From NCBI GenBank assembly GCA_963716255.1, contig OY970303.1, positions 3,168,001-3,232,000 on the forward strand: a stretch of 64,000 bases of DNA, written 5' to 3'. Under the pieces are notes generated by a model. It did no database searches, was not told where the DNA came from, and saw only the letters and a program-made list of their open reading frames with translations. The DNA is from an uncultured Gemmatimonadales bacterium (GTDB taxonomy: Bacteria > Gemmatimonadota > Gemmatimonadetes > Longimicrobiales > Longimicrobiaceae). How positions within the stretch are numbered: the first letter of the stretch is position 1; every line of letters begins with the position of its first letter. The position numbers were made by a program, and so were the translations under genes. This document shows, piece after piece, positions 30,171 through 41,140 of this stretch.

Positions 30171-30782
30171 ATGCCCACCGCCCCCGACGGTGTCCCGGAC
30201 TCCGCCTCCGCATCGCTGATCGACGCCTTTCTGCCCGCCTACGACGTGGCGGCGAGCTACGCGGCCGGCGTCGCCGCGCCGCCGGAGCGGGTGTGGGCCG
30301 CCGTGCGCGCCCTGGAGATGCGGGGCTCCCCGCTGGTTCGCGGCCTGTTCCTGCTGCGCTCGCTCCCCGCGATGCTCGCCCATCCCCGCCGCGCGCTGGC
30401 CCGCCGCGGGGAAGGGCGCGCGCTGGGGCTCACGCTGGACGACCTGCTGCGCGGCGGCTTCACGCTGCTGGGCGAGCGCCCGGGGGAGGAGCTGCTGCTG
30501 GGGCTGGTGGGGCGGTTCTGGCGCGCGGACGGGGGAATCGTCCGCGTGGCGGCGGGGGAGTGGCGCGAGTGGGAGCGGCCCGGCTACGCCAAGGCCGCGT
30601 GGAACTTCACCCTGGCGCCGGGCGCGGGCGGGGCCGTCCGCCTGGCCACGGAAACGCGCGTGCGCTGCACCGACGCGGCGAGCCGGCGGCGCTTCCTGCG
30701 CTACTGGCGGCTGGTGGGGCCGTTCAGCGGGCTCATCCGGCGCGACGTGCTGCGCTCCGTCCGCCGGGCCGCAGAAGGGTAG
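30171..30782 (+). CDS. Hypothetical protein (DUF2867-like)
   Basis: LIDAFLPAYD, ELLLGLVGRFW, LATETRV...F..YW..VGPFSGLIRR. Confidence 0.65.
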   Translation: MPTAPDGVPDSASASLIDAFLPAYDVAASYAAGVAAPPERVWAAVRALEMRGSPLVRGLFLLRSLPAMLAHPRRALARRGEGRALGLTLDDLLRGGFTLLGERPGEELLLGLVGRFWRADGGIVRVAAGEWREWERPGYAKAAWNFTLAPGAGGAVRLATETRVRCTDAASRRRFLRYWRLVGPFSGLIRRDVLRSVRRAAEG

Positions 30783-30804
30783 GGGTAGGGCGGCCGCGGC
30801 CGGC

Positions 30805-31548
30805 TCAGCGCCCCGGCCGGTTCCGGGCCAGGTGCCAGGAGAGCGCCGTGTACAAGGCCGGGTACGCCAGCGACGTCCAGAGCAGCCACGGCCGGCTGCG
30901 GGGATAGTCGGGGAGCATCGCCAGCATGACGGCCAGCCACACGGCGGCGCCCAGCAGCACCGGTATGCGCCAGGGCCGCGGCGCCAGGTTGGGGTAGACG
31001 AACCGCACCGGGAGCACCGTCAGCAGCGCCAGCGCCAGGAGCAGCAGGGCCACCGGCCAGGGGCCCGCGGCCGTGAACAGCAGCCCCGCGTAGAAGGCCA
31101 CGACGTTCCAGTAGGAGGGAAACCCCAGGAAGAAGCCGCCCCCCTCGTCCTTGGCGGCGGTGTTGGCGAAGCCCATCAGGCTGGCCACCAGCGCCGGCGC
31201 CACCCACACCCACCCCGGCTCCGGCAGCCATCCCATCCTCCACACCAGCAGCAGCGGCAGGAAGGTGAAGGTCAGGTAGTCCACGATGTCGTCGATGGTC
31301 CGCCCGTCGATCCGCGGCGCGTTCGTCTTGGTCTTCCAGAGCCGCGCCAGCGGCCCGTCGGTCGCGTCCACCACCACCGCCAGCGCCAGCCACAAAAAGA
31401 CGCGGCGCGGGTCCGGCTCCGGCGCGCACGTTTCCGCCGCCGCCAGGAAGGCGAAGACCACACCCGACGCCGTGTACACGTGCACGGCGTACGCGCGGAC
31501 CCGCTCGGCGAGTTCCGGCGGGGGCGGGGAGCCGGGGCCCGGGCTCAT
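30805..31548 (-). CDS. pcs: Phosphatidylcholine synthase-like CDP-alcohol phosphatidyltransferase
   Basis: VHVYTASG, DATDGPLAR...DGRTIDDIVDYLT, FFLGFPSYWN. Confidence 0.75.
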   Translation of the reverse strand: MSPGPGSPPPPELAERVRAYAVHVYTASGVVFAFLAAAETCAPEPDPRRVFLWLALAVVVDATDGPLARLWKTKTNAPRIDGRTIDDIVDYLTFTFLPLLLVWRMGWLPEPGWVWVAPALVASLMGFANTAAKDEGGGFFLGFPSYWNVVAFYAGLLFTAAGPWPVALLLLALALLTVLPVRFVYPNLAPRPWRIPVLLGAAVWLAVMLAMLPDYPRSRPWLLWTSLAYPALYTALSWHLARNRPGR

Positions 31549-32663
31549 TCGCGGGAGGGCCGGTCGTCGCCCGTGGCCGCGGCCTCCGCCTGCTCCTCGA
31601 TGCGTTCCTGCGCCTCCTCGTCGTCGCCCGGCTCCTTTTCCGTTTCGGGCTGCTTCGCCTGGGCCTCGGGACAGAGCACCAGCTCGATCTGGATGGGGAA
31701 GTGGTCGGACCCCACCTTGTCCAGGCGGCGCAGCTCCACCAGCTCGAACTCGTTGGAGTGGAAGACGTGGTCCAGCGGGAAGCGGAAGACCGGGTTCTTG
31801 GCGTTGAAGCTGTTGAAGAACCCCCGCCCCATCCGCGGGTCCAGGAGGCCGCTGAGGCGCAGGAAGAGCTCGCTGGTGGGCGACCAGGCCACGTCGTTGA
31901 GGTCGCCGGCGACCACCGTGGGAATGGAGCGGTCGCCCTCGCCGATCGCCCGGCCCATGAGCACCAGCTCCGCGTCGCGCGGGGTGGAGTGCTGGTCGCG
32001 GATGGGCTCCGGCGGCCGCGGGTGGAGCCCGTGCAGCGCCACCACGTCGCCGCTCTTCAGCCGGATCCCGGTGTGGATGGAGGGGATGTCGTCCTGCACC
32101 AGGTGGCTCACCTGCGGGTCCACCAGCGGGAGCCTGGAAAAGAGCATCATCCCGTAGTAGTTCTCCTGCGGGTGCGCCACGGTGTGCGGGTGGCTCCGCG
32201 CCAGCGGCTCCAGCGCCCGCGCCCACGCGGCGTCGGTTTCCAGCACCAGGACCACGTCCGGGTCGTTGTCGCGGACGACGCGAAGGAAGCGGTCGTGCTC
32301 GCGGTTCTCCATCAGCACGTTGCTGATGAGCAGCTTGAACGTGGCGTCCGCGCGGCGCTCCCGCGTCTCCGGCGTGGCGCGCTTCACCCGGATGGAGGCC
32401 AGGCGGGTGTACGGGCGGATCTTGTAGCACTGCCAGGCCAGCGTCGCGGCCGTGGTCGCGAGGAACGCCCAGTCCAGGCCGCGCCCGCGCCAGTAGAACG
32501 CCGCGTAGAGCGCGCCGCAGAGCCCCGAGGCCACCGCGATCTGCACGCGGGGGAAGTCCCAGTTGCGGACCGCCCAGTGCGGGCTGTGGGTGAGGCTCGC
32601 GACGGTTCCCAGCGCCAGGAACACGCCGACCCCGACGAGGACCCACTGGAGGATGCTATGCAT
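31545..32663 (-). CDS. Endonuclease/exonuclease/phosphatase family protein with N-terminal TM segments
   Basis: [31 protein letters not shown]. Confidence 0.88.
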   Translation of the reverse strand: MHSILQWVLVGVGVFLALGTVASLTHSPHWAVRNWDFPRVQIAVASGLCGALYAAFYWRGRGLDWAFLATTAATLAWQCYKIRPYTRLASIRVKRATPETRERRADATFKLLISNVLMENREHDRFLRVVRDNDPDVVLVLETDAAWARALEPLARSHPHTVAHPQENYYGMMLFSRLPLVDPQVSHLVQDDIPSIHTGIRLKSGDVVALHGLHPRPPEPIRDQHSTPRDAELVLMGRAIGEGDRSIPTVVAGDLNDVAWSPTSELFLRLSGLLDPRMGRGFFNSFNAKNPVFRFPLDHVFHSNEFELVELRRLDKVGSDHFPIQIELVLCPEAQAKQPETEKEPGDDEEAQERIEEQAEAAATGDDRPSRE

Positions 32664-32895
32664 GCACGGGCCGCTCCGGGTCGGTGTCGGGGTGGCGGAC
32701 TGGGATCCCGGGCCGCGGCCGCGGCGGGGACCAATCCGAGTGCTCTCGGAGCACTGTTCCGCAACCGCCGGGCCGCCGCTCCGCCGTCCCCGCGCCGGCC
32801 CGGGAAAGGCCGCGTCGCTTGCCCCCCGCCCGCGCGCCCGGGTAGCTTGCGCGTCCGGTTTGTTTTTCCCACGGCCCGGACGGAGAGGCGCGAGC

Positions 32896-33486
32896 GTGAG
32901 CGAGCTGAAGCGGGTGTGCGTGTTCTGCGGGTCCAGCCCGGGCGTGCGCCCCGGGTACGCGGCGGCGGCGCGGGCAATGGGGACGCGGCTGGCGGAGCGG
33001 GGGATCGGGGTGGTGTACGGCGGCGGAAAGGTGGGGCTGATGGGGGTGGTGGCCGACGCCGCGATGGCCGCGGGCGGCGAGGTGATCGGCGTGATCCCCG
33101 AGGGGCTGGTGGCGCGCGAGGTGGGGCACGCCGGCGTCACCGAGCTGCGCGTCGTGCGCACCATGCACGAGCGCAAGGCGCTCATGGCCGACCTGTCCGA
33201 CGCCTTCGTCGCCCTCCCCGGCGGCTTCGGCACCTGGGAAGAGTACTTCGAGGTGCTCACCTGGGCGCAGCTGGGCATCCACCCGAAACCGTGCGGCCTG
33301 CTGAACGTAGAGGGATACTACGGGCCGCTGCTGGCGATGATGGACCACGCCGTGGCCGAGGGGTTCGTGCGGCCGGAGCACCGCGCCTCGGTGCTGGAGG
33401 CCGCGGAGCCCGCGCGGATGCTGGAGCTGCTGGCCGCCTTCCAGGCGCCCACGGTGCCCAGGTGGCTGGGCCGGGACGAGACGTAG
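32896..33486 (+). CDS. LOG family nucleotide phosphoribohydrolase
   Basis: [23 protein letters not shown]. Confidence 0.92.
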   Translation: MSELKRVCVFCGSSPGVRPGYAAAARAMGTRLAERGIGVVYGGGKVGLMGVVADAAMAAGGEVIGVIPEGLVAREVGHAGVTELRVVRTMHERKALMADLSDAFVALPGGFGTWEEYFEVLTWAQLGIHPKPCGLLNVEGYYGPLLAMMDHAVAEGFVRPEHRASVLEAAEPARMLELLAAFQAPTVPRWLGRDET

Positions 33487-33591
33487 CCACGGACGCGGCG
33501 GCGCCGGAGGCGCGGGGTTGGATCCCCCGCGGCCGGGGCTTATCTTGCAGGCTGGCCGCGTGACCACGACACACCTTCCGGTGGATGAGCC

Positions 33592-34938
33592 ATGCGCCGT
33601 TCCGTTTCACCCCGCAATTCCCGCGGCATCGTCCTCGCCGCCCTGCTCACCCTGGCCGCGCCGCTCGCGGGCGCCGCGCAGCAGCCGGCCGTCGTCTACC
33701 GCATTCCCGTGACGGGGACGGTGGAGATGGGGCTGGCGCCGTACGTGGAGCGCTCGCTGGAGGAGGCCGAAAAGGCCGGCGCCGCCGCGGCGGTGCTGGA
33801 CATCGACACCCCGGGAGGGCGCATCGACGCCGCCGAGCAGATCGCCGACGCGCTCCGCGACGCGAAGATCCCCACCTACGCCTACGTCAACCGCCGCGCC
33901 TTCAGCGCCGGCGCCATGATCGCCCTGGCGACCGACGGCATCCTCATGCGCCCGGGCTCCGTGCTGGGCGCCGCCACCCCGGTGGACGCCGGCGGCGGCA
34001 AGCTGTCCGAGAAGGTGGTGAGCGCCATGCGCTCCGAGTTCCGCGCCCTCGCCGAGGCGCGCGGCCTGGACCCGCGCGTGGCCGAGGGGATGGTGGACGA
34101 GACGCTGGGCGCGCCCGGGGTGGCGGCGCCGGGGCAGCTCGTGTCGCTGAGCACGGACGAGGCCGCCCGCGTGGGCTACGCCCGCGAGGTGGGCGACTGG
34201 CAGGGCGTCCTTGCCGCGGCGGGGGCCCCGGGCGCGCGCACCGTGGTCGCCCGGGTGAACTGGGCGGAGCGGCTGGTGCGCTTCTTCACCAACCCCGTGG
34301 TCGCGCCCTTCCTGCTCACGCTGGGGTTCCTGGGGCTGCTGATCGAGCTGAAGACCCCCGCGTTCGGCATGGCCGGGCTGGCGGGGGCGACCTCGCTGGG
34401 GCTCTTCTTCGGGAGCCACCTGATCGTGGGGCTGGCCGGGTGGGAGACGCTGGTGCTCATCGCCGCGTCGCTGGTGCTGCTGGCGGTGGAGGCGCTGGTG
34501 CTCCCCGGCTTCGGCGTGGCGGGGATCCTGGGGATCCTGGCCTTCTGCGGAGCCGTCGTCCTGGCGCTGCTGGGGAATTTTCCCACCGGCGCGGACGTGA
34601 TGGTGGCCGTGTCCATCGTGGGCGGCTCCATCGTGGCCGTGGGCGCGGTGGCGTGGGCCATCCTCCAGCAGCTCCCCCACGACCGGCGCGTGGCGCGCAT
34701 GATCTTCCAGGGCTCCACCTCGCGCGAGGCGGGGTACCTGGCCGCCCCCGTGCGCGGCGAGCTGGTGGGGGTGGAGGGCGTCGCCCTCACCGACCTGCGC
34801 CCCTCCGGCACCGGCGTCTTCGGCGAGGAGCGCGTGGACGTGGTCTCCGACGGCGCCTACGTTCCCGCCGGCACCCCCATCCGTATCGTCCGGGCGGAAG
34901 GATACCGGCACGTGGTGGCCCCCATCCTGGCCGCCTGA
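33592..34938 (+). CDS. NfeD family membrane-bound serine protease (YqeZ-like)
   Basis: IDTPGG, AFSAGAMIALA, C-terminal TDLRPSG OB domain; upstream of floA. Confidence 0.88.
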   Translation: MRRSVSPRNSRGIVLAALLTLAAPLAGAAQQPAVVYRIPVTGTVEMGLAPYVERSLEEAEKAGAAAAVLDIDTPGGRIDAAEQIADALRDAKIPTYAYVNRRAFSAGAMIALATDGILMRPGSVLGAATPVDAGGGKLSEKVVSAMRSEFRALAEARGLDPRVAEGMVDETLGAPGVAAPGQLVSLSTDEAARVGYAREVGDWQGVLAAAGAPGARTVVARVNWAERLVRFFTNPVVAPFLLTLGFLGLLIELKTPAFGMAGLAGATSLGLFFGSHLIVGLAGWETLVLIAASLVLLAVEALVLPGFGVAGILGILAFCGAVVLALLGNFPTGADVMVAVSIVGGSIVAVGAVAWAILQQLPHDRRVARMIFQGSTSREAGYLAAPVRGELVGVEGVALTDLRPSGTGVFGEERVDVVSDGAYVPAGTPIRIVRAEGYRHVVAPILAA

Positions 34939-35061
34939 AGCAGGATCTCACCGCAACCCGCGCGTCCGGCCCCCGTAGCCAGGGGGACGGACGCGGGACT
35001 CGCCGCTCCGCCACCTCCGCCCGCTCCGGGCGGGGCACCTGGACTCCAACCGGAACCGACC

Positions 35062-36057
35062 ATGGAAGCCGTCTTCGGCAGCATCGTGTTCTTTGTTTTC
35101 GTCGGGATCATCTTCCTGTTCGTCTTCTTCCGCTTCATCCCCATCGGGCTCTGGATCCAGGCCTTCGCCTCCGGCGTACGGCTGTCGTTCCTGAACCTGT
35201 TCGGGATGCGCTTCCGCAAGGTGAACCCGGCGCGCATCGTCAACCCGCTGATCACCGCGCGCAAGGCGGGGATCGTGCTCAGCGCGGACGCGCTGGAGGG
35301 GCACTACCTGGCCGGCGGCAACGTGGAGCGGGTGGTGCAGGCGCTGATCGCCGCGGACAAGGCCAGCATCGACCTTCCCTTCGAGCGCGCGGCCGCCATC
35401 GACCTGGCGGGGCGCGACGTGCTGGAGGCGGTGCAGACCTCGGTGAACCCGAAGGTCATCTCCACCCCGCGCGTGGCGGCGATGGCAAAGGACGGCATCC
35501 AGCTCATCGCCATCGCCCGGGTGACGGTGCGCGCCAACATCAACCGCCTGGTGGGCGGCGCGGGCGAGGAGACCATCCTGGCGCGCGTGGGCGAGGGGAT
35601 CGTTTCCACCATCGGCTCGGCGTCGAGCCACAAGGCGGTGCTGGAGAACCCGGACGCCATCTCCAAGACGGTGCTCAGCAAGGGGCTGGACGCGGGGACG
35701 GCGTTCGAGATCCTGTCCATCGACATCGCCGACGTGGACGTGGGCAAGAACATCGGCGCCGAGCTGCAGACGGACCAGGCGGAGGCGGACAAGCGGATCG
35801 CGCAGGCCCGCGCCGAGGAGAGGCGCGCCATGGCGGTGGCGCACGAGCAGGAGAACCGGGCGCGCGTGGAGGAGATGCGGGCGCGGGTGGTGGAGGCGGA
35901 GGCGCAGGTCCCGCTGGCCATGGCGGAGGCTTTCCGCAACGGCAACCTGGGGATCATGGACTACGCCCGCTACAGCAACATGCAGAGCGACACGGCCATG
36001 CGCCGCGCCCTGGCCGCCCCGGACAAGCCCGCGTCCGGCAACGGCGAGCTGGGCTGA
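35062..36057 (+). CDS. floA: Flotillin-like protein FloA
   Basis: [56 protein letters not shown]. Confidence 0.95.
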   Translation: MEAVFGSIVFFVFVGIIFLFVFFRFIPIGLWIQAFASGVRLSFLNLFGMRFRKVNPARIVNPLITARKAGIVLSADALEGHYLAGGNVERVVQALIAADKASIDLPFERAAAIDLAGRDVLEAVQTSVNPKVISTPRVAAMAKDGIQLIAIARVTVRANINRLVGGAGEETILARVGEGIVSTIGSASSHKAVLENPDAISKTVLSKGLDAGTAFEILSIDIADVDVGKNIGAELQTDQAEADKRIAQARAEERRAMAVAHEQENRARVEEMRARVVEAEAQVPLAMAEAFRNGNLGIMDYARYSNMQSDTAMRRALAAPDKPASGNGELG

Positions 36058-36060
36058 GCC

Positions 36061-36666
36061 ATGAGCTGGCTCGAGGTGCTTTTCGTCGCGCTATTCTTCG
36101 GCGCGCCGCTGCTGGGGCGGCTCTTCGAGAAGAAGCCGCCGACGCTCCCTCCCCCCCCGGTCCCCCGGAGCGACGCGCCCGGCTACTCCCCGGCGCCGGG
36201 GGACCTGCAGCCGCGGTTCCCGGTCCCCGCGCGCGCCACCCTCCCCGCGCCCGCCGGGACGGCGGGCGGGTGGTCCGCGGGGTGGGGGCAGTGGCCGGAG
36301 GGGGCGTCGGAGGAGGAAGACGCGGCCGAGGAGGGCGGCCTGGAAGAGGGGATCGCCGGGGACCACGACCTGGACGTGGACTCCATCCACACGCGGGAGG
36401 CGGTCTCGCTGGAGCCGGTGTCGGCCGCGGAGGCCGCGGTGCGGCCGCTCCCCGAGGCTCCGGTGGGGCTGGACGCCACGGAGGTGGACTGGAACCGCGA
36501 GCACGTGCGCTTCCACGACAAGTACTTCAAACCGGCCGCCCCGCCGCCGCGGACGGACCGCCTGGCGGACCACCTGCGCTCGCGCGCCGAGGTGCGCCGC
36601 GCGATCCTGCTGGCGGAGGTGCTGGGCCCCCCGCGCTCGCTGCGCGAGCTGGATTCGGAGCGGTAG
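36061..36666 (+). CDS. Hypothetical protein (YqfB position), N-terminal TM
   Basis: C-terminal RRAILLAEVLGPPRSL; third gene of the nfeD-floA operon. Confidence 0.65.
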   Translation: MSWLEVLFVALFFGAPLLGRLFEKKPPTLPPPPVPRSDAPGYSPAPGDLQPRFPVPARATLPAPAGTAGGWSAGWGQWPEGASEEEDAAEEGGLEEGIAGDHDLDVDSIHTREAVSLEPVSAAEAAVRPLPEAPVGLDATEVDWNREHVRFHDKYFKPAAPPPRTDRLADHLRSRAEVRRAILLAEVLGPPRSLRELDSER

Positions 36667-36762
36667 CGCTCCGGAGGGCGGGACGCACGCGACGAGGGCC
36701 GCTCCCGATCCGGGGCGGCCCTCGCCGTATGTGGGGCCCCCGCGGACGCCAGCGCGAGCCCC

Positions 36763-36895
36763 GCGTGAGGGATTTCGGCCCGGAGGGGCGAGACCGCGCG
36801 GGGCTGTTTCCGCGCGGGCTCGACTCCGTTACGCACGGTTGTTTCGTGCGTTACGGAGCCGAAGCCCGACCCCGGCGCCAGCCGGGGACACGCCC
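36763..36895 (-). repeat. Structured dispersed element, copy 6
   Basis: Central stem ACGCACG/CGTGCGT; third stem extended by 2 bp. Confidence 0.95.
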
Positions 36896-36984
36896 AAACC
36901 CGAGCTTACAAGCCGTTCTTTCCCGTACCGGACCCGCTCGGGAAACACGCGTCGCGGCACGGATGATGAAGAGGGCATCGCGCC

Positions 36985-38184
36985 ATGGAACACGCGAACG
37001 ATTCCCTGCTCTTTCCGCTCGTCCGCGAGCCGGCATCGCGGTGGGAGCGCTCCGGGCTGACCCCGGCCCAGGAGCGCTGGTTCAACCGCGTCTCCACCGT
37101 GCTGTTCGCGCTGTTCGTGCTGGGATGGGGCTACGCCGTGGCGCTGCGCCTCTCGCAGCCGGCGCCCACCGACGCGGGCGGCACGCTGACGCCGGTCTTC
37201 GGGCCGTCGCAGCCCTCGCAGCTGGGCGACCCCAACGCCCCGCCCACGCTGGGGGAGCGCATCACCAGCAACCCGCTGCGGCGCGGCGCGGAGCCCATCG
37301 CGCCCACCATCACGGCGGCGTTCCTGGAGCGCACCGCGCACGACTACGCGGCCCGGCTCCCGGCGGAGGTCCGCGGGCTGAGCGGCAACCTGTACGTGCA
37401 GATCCTGGATCCCGGCGAGAACCCGCAGCTTCCCACCGCCACCACCGGGCAGCTCGCCTTCGCGGTGGGCGACCGCATCACCGGCAACGTGGGCGGCACG
37501 GGGGTCTGGGACGTGGTGCTGCGCTCGGGGGCGCTGACCACGGAGGTGCCCAACTTCTCGGTGATCCGCACGGTCCCCATGTCGGCCAAGAAGAACGGGC
37601 GCATCGGCAAGTTCAACATCGGCGACTGGCCGTGCGAGACGGGGAATTGCCCCGCGAACCCGATCTACGCCACGCCGGCGGGGATGATCGAGGTCACGCC
37701 CGAGAACCGGGAGATGTTCCTGAGCGAGCACATCCAGCTCAAGGACTTCATCACCAAGCTCCAGGAGAACGTCTGGCCCAAGTACGTGGTGGTGGATCCC
37801 CAGGTGCTGGACAAGATCGAGCTGGTGTGCAACGAGCTGGAGCGGATGGGGCACCCCGTGGAGAACCTGTTCGCGGTGAGCGGGTTCCGCACGCCGTGGT
37901 ACAACGCCAACGGGGGGACCACCGCGGGGCGGGGCCAGCTGTCGCGCCACATGTACGGCGACGCCATGGACATCGCGGTGGACAACGACCGCAACGGCAT
38001 CATGGACGACCTGAACGGGGACGGCCGCATCACCCTGGCCGACGCGCGCGTGATCGGGGCGGCGGTGGAGGCGGTGGAAAAGAAGTACCCCACCATGGTG
38101 GGGGGGATGCACTACTACCCGCCGACGGGCGGGCACCAGGGGATGGTGCACATCGACACCCGGGGCAACCGCGCCCGCTGGTGA
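36985..38184 (+). CDS. Peptidase M15-type metallopeptidase with N-terminal TM
   Basis: SGFRTP.YN, SRHMYGDAMD, VHIDTRG..ARW; EF-hand-like DLNGDGRI. Confidence 0.8.
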   Translation: MEHANDSLLFPLVREPASRWERSGLTPAQERWFNRVSTVLFALFVLGWGYAVALRLSQPAPTDAGGTLTPVFGPSQPSQLGDPNAPPTLGERITSNPLRRGAEPIAPTITAAFLERTAHDYAARLPAEVRGLSGNLYVQILDPGENPQLPTATTGQLAFAVGDRITGNVGGTGVWDVVLRSGALTTEVPNFSVIRTVPMSAKKNGRIGKFNIGDWPCETGNCPANPIYATPAGMIEVTPENREMFLSEHIQLKDFITKLQENVWPKYVVVDPQVLDKIELVCNELERMGHPVENLFAVSGFRTPWYNANGGTTAGRGQLSRHMYGDAMDIAVDNDRNGIMDDLNGDGRITLADARVIGAAVEAVEKKYPTMVGGMHYYPPTGGHQGMVHIDTRGNRARW

Positions 38185-38212
38185 CCTGAACGAGCTTCCC
38201 GAGGAGCGCACC

Positions 38213-38695
38213 TTGGCAACCGCCTACGACCAGCCACACGACCCGCACCGCCACGCCGCGGCCGCGGGCGACCGCCGCACCGAGGGGCCGCAGGACGACT
38301 CGCCGGCGCCCATGATGGTGCGCGACGAGGACCTGGAGCCGCACGCCGGGCTGCGCTACATCGCCCGGCTCTTCAAGCTCCTGTCCATCCTGCTCCTCCT
38401 GCTGCTCGTGGGGGAGATCGTCATCAACCTGTGGCGCCAGGGGTCGGACGCCATCCCGCTGCTCCTGGTGGAGGCCACGCGGCTGATCGTGTTCGCGGGG
38501 CTGCTGTGGGGGGCGGCGGACCTGGCGCTGATGCTGATCGAGTCCAACCACGACCTGCGCGCGACGCGGATCCTGGTGGGGCGGCTGAACGGGCGGCTGC
38601 AGAGGCTGGAGGACCGGGTGGCGGAGTCGTACTCGCTGGGGGGGCCGCCGCGCACGCCTTCCGATCCGGATCCGCCGCGGCGGGAGCCTCGCTGA
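38213..38695 (+). CDS. Hypothetical membrane protein
   Basis: GAGGAG RBS before TTG; two hydrophobic helices. Confidence 0.65.
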   Translation: MATAYDQPHDPHRHAAAAGDRRTEGPQDDSPAPMMVRDEDLEPHAGLRYIARLFKLLSILLLLLLVGEIVINLWRQGSDAIPLLLVEATRLIVFAGLLWGAADLALMLIESNHDLRATRILVGRLNGRLQRLEDRVAESYSLGGPPRTPSDPDPPRREPR

Positions 38696-38730
38696 CGGGT
38701 TTTCGAAGGGCGAGTTTTTACGGCGGGTTC

Positions 38731-38859
38731 GGGCGTGCCCCCGGCGGGCGCCGGGGTCGGGCTTCGGCTCCGTAAGCCCGCAAACAACGCGGGCTAACGG
38801 AGTCGAGCCCCGGCAAACTGCCGCCGGGTCTCGCCCCTTCGGGCCGAAATCCCTCACGC
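38731..38859 (+). repeat. Structured dispersed element, copy 7
   Basis: Central stem AGCCCGC/GCGGGCT. Confidence 0.95.
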
Positions 38860-38946
38860 GGGGCATCGCGCTGGCGTCGGCGGGGGCCCCCACCCGGGCG
38901 CTGCGCGCCACCCCTCGGCCGGGGGAGGGGGTCGTCGTTGCCCGCC

Positions 38947-40440
38947 CTACCGAGCCCCGGAGATGCGCAGCAGGGCGGCGTCGACGACGCGGTCGGCGTC
39001 GCGGGCGCTGCGGGTGTGGTGGTTGAGCAGGATGGAGAACACCAGCGGCCTGCCGTCCGGGCCGGGGACGTAGCCGGAAAGGGCGCGCACGCCGGAAAGG
39101 GTGCCGGTCTTGGCGTGCAGGCGCCCTTCCAGCGGGGTTCCCCGGAAGCGCGAGGCCAGCGTGCCGTCGACCCCGCCCACGGGGAGCGCGGCGTACCAGG
39201 CCTCCCAGTGGGGGCTGCGCATCATGTGCTCCAGCACCGCGGCGAGAAGCTCGGGCGCCACCAGGTTGTAGCGCGAAAGGCCGGAGCCGTCCGCCTGCGC
39301 CAGCGCCGCCGCCGGGAGCCCGCGCGCGCGGAACAGGCTGTCGATGGCCGCGGCGCCCGCGGCGGCGCTGCCCTCGCCGCGCAGCTCGCGGCCCAGCGTC
39401 TTGAGGAGGATCTCGCCGTACTGGTTCTGGCTGGGCTTCATGAAGGCGGCCAGCACCTCGCGCAGGGGCGGCGAGGCGTGCACGAAGAGCGGCACGGCGG
39501 CCTCGCCGCGCTCGCCCGCCGGCAGGGCGTCGGCGTCGGCGGCGGGGCCCTGCACCTCGATCCCCGCCTCGCGCAGCGTTTCCCGCAGCACGGTGGCGAA
39601 GTACAGCGTGTTGTCGCGCACCGCCACCTCCTCGCTCACCCCCGCGGTGTCCAGCGGCACGGTGCCGGACACCACGATGCCGGCGCCGGACGCCGCGCGG
39701 GCGGCCTGTACGCGCGGGGGGGTCCCCGCGGGGCCGGTGACCACCCGGTTGTCCACGGGGACGTAGCCGGTGGGAGGAGACAGCGTCACGCGCGCGGGCT
39801 CGCCGGCGCGCGCGCCGGGTGCAACGCGTACCCCCACCACGCCCTCGTTCAGCTCCAGGGCGCCCACCTCGGCGGAGTAGCCGGCGTCCAGGTCGTCCCA
39901 CGCCCAGCCGCGCCCCAGCGGCACGTCGTCGAACGCGTCGTCGTTGCCCACCACGCGGCCGGCGACGCGGGTGACGCCGCGGGCGCGCAGCGAGTCCGCC
40001 CAGGCGCGGAACACGGAGCGTGTGTCGCCGCCCAGGAGCCGGGCGGAAAGGGTGGGGTCGCCGCCGCCGCGCACCACCAGGTCGCCGCGCAGCGTCCCGC
40101 CCTGCACCGGCCCGGCGGCCGCCACCGTGGTGCGGAAGCGCCAGTCGGGCCCCAGCGCCTCCAGCGCCGCGGCCCCGGTCACCACCTTCATGTTGGAGGC
40201 GGGGACCAGCATGCGCTCCGCGCCGAGCCGGTACAGCGTCGCCCCCGTGGCCGGATCGCGCACCAGCACGCCCCAGGTGGCGCGGCGGAAGGCGCTGTCG
40301 GCGAAGACGGAGTCCAGCGCGGCGGCGAGCGGGGACGCCGCCGGGGCCGGGGCGGGGGAGGGGGCGGCCCGCACCGCGGGGGTGCACCCCGCCGCGGCCA
40401 GGAGGAGCGGGAGGAGCAGGCGTCTCACGGGCGTGGGCAT
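38947..40440 (-). CDS. dacB: D-Ala-D-Ala carboxypeptidase/endopeptidase PBP4 (peptidase S13)
   Basis: PASNMK, SQN, DGSGLSR, AKTGTL. Confidence 0.93.
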   Translation of the reverse strand: MPTPVRRLLLPLLLAAAGCTPAVRAAPSPAPAPAASPLAAALDSVFADSAFRRATWGVLVRDPATGATLYRLGAERMLVPASNMKVVTGAAALEALGPDWRFRTTVAAAGPVQGGTLRGDLVVRGGGDPTLSARLLGGDTRSVFRAWADSLRARGVTRVAGRVVGNDDAFDDVPLGRGWAWDDLDAGYSAEVGALELNEGVVGVRVAPGARAGEPARVTLSPPTGYVPVDNRVVTGPAGTPPRVQAARAASGAGIVVSGTVPLDTAGVSEEVAVRDNTLYFATVLRETLREAGIEVQGPAADADALPAGERGEAAVPLFVHASPPLREVLAAFMKPSQNQYGEILLKTLGRELRGEGSAAAGAAAIDSLFRARGLPAAALAQADGSGLSRYNLVAPELLAAVLEHMMRSPHWEAWYAALPVGGVDGTLASRFRGTPLEGRLHAKTGTLSGVRALSGYVPGPDGRPLVFSILLNHHTRSARDADRVVDAALLRISGAR

Positions 40441-40470
40441 CGGCTCTGCGGGTTGGGGGTGGCGGTCAAG

Positions 40471-41067
40471 CTACCGTGCGCTCCAGGGGCGGGCCAGCCT
40501 GGCCTCCAGCCCCGCCCGCACCGCCGGCCACTCGTCGTCCAGGATGCTGAAGTACACGGTGTCGCGCATGCGTCCCTGCTGCGAGCGCATGTGCTTGCGC
40601 AGGATCCCCTCCTGGGTGGCGCCCACGCGCAGGATGGCGGCGCGCGACCGCTCGTTGAGCGCGTCTGTCTTGAGCTCCACGCGCGCGCACCCCAGCGTCT
40701 CGAAGGCGTGGCGGAGCATCAGGTACTTGGCCTCGGTGTTGGCGGGGGTGCGCTGCCAGGGGCGCGCCACCCACGTCCACCCGATCTCCACCCGCCCGTC
40801 CTCCAGGCTCACGCTGCCGAACCGCGTGCTGCCGATGGCGCGCCCGCTCGCCGCGTCCACCGTGGCGAAGGGGAGCGCGCGCCCCTCGTCGCGCTCGCGC
40901 AGCGCGGTCTCCACGTAGGCGCGCATCTCCTCCGGGCTGCGGATCGTCGTGAGCGTCCAGCGCCACAGCTCCGGGTCCATCCCCACCTCGCAGAGCGCGG
41001 GGAGGTGCTCGAGCGACAGCGGCTCCAGGCGCACGTGGCGCCCGGCCAGGGTGACGGCTTCCAGCAT
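40471..41067 (-). CDS. GNAT (RimJ/RimL-like) acetyltransferase
   Basis: VEIGWTW, NTEAKYLMLRHAFE, RDTVYFSIL..EWP. Confidence 0.9.
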   Translation of the reverse strand: MLEAVTLAGRHVRLEPLSLEHLPALCEVGMDPELWRWTLTTIRSPEEMRAYVETALRERDEGRALPFATVDAASGRAIGSTRFGSVSLEDGRVEIGWTWVARPWQRTPANTEAKYLMLRHAFETLGCARVELKTDALNERSRAAILRVGATQEGILRKHMRSQQGRMRDTVYFSILDDEWPAVRAGLEARLARPWSAR

Positions 41068-41140
41068 GGCGGCCCTCCAAGGCGGCGTGGGGTGGCGGAC
41101 GGGTGAGTCTACACCGCGCGCGCCCGCCGCTCAAGCCGCG

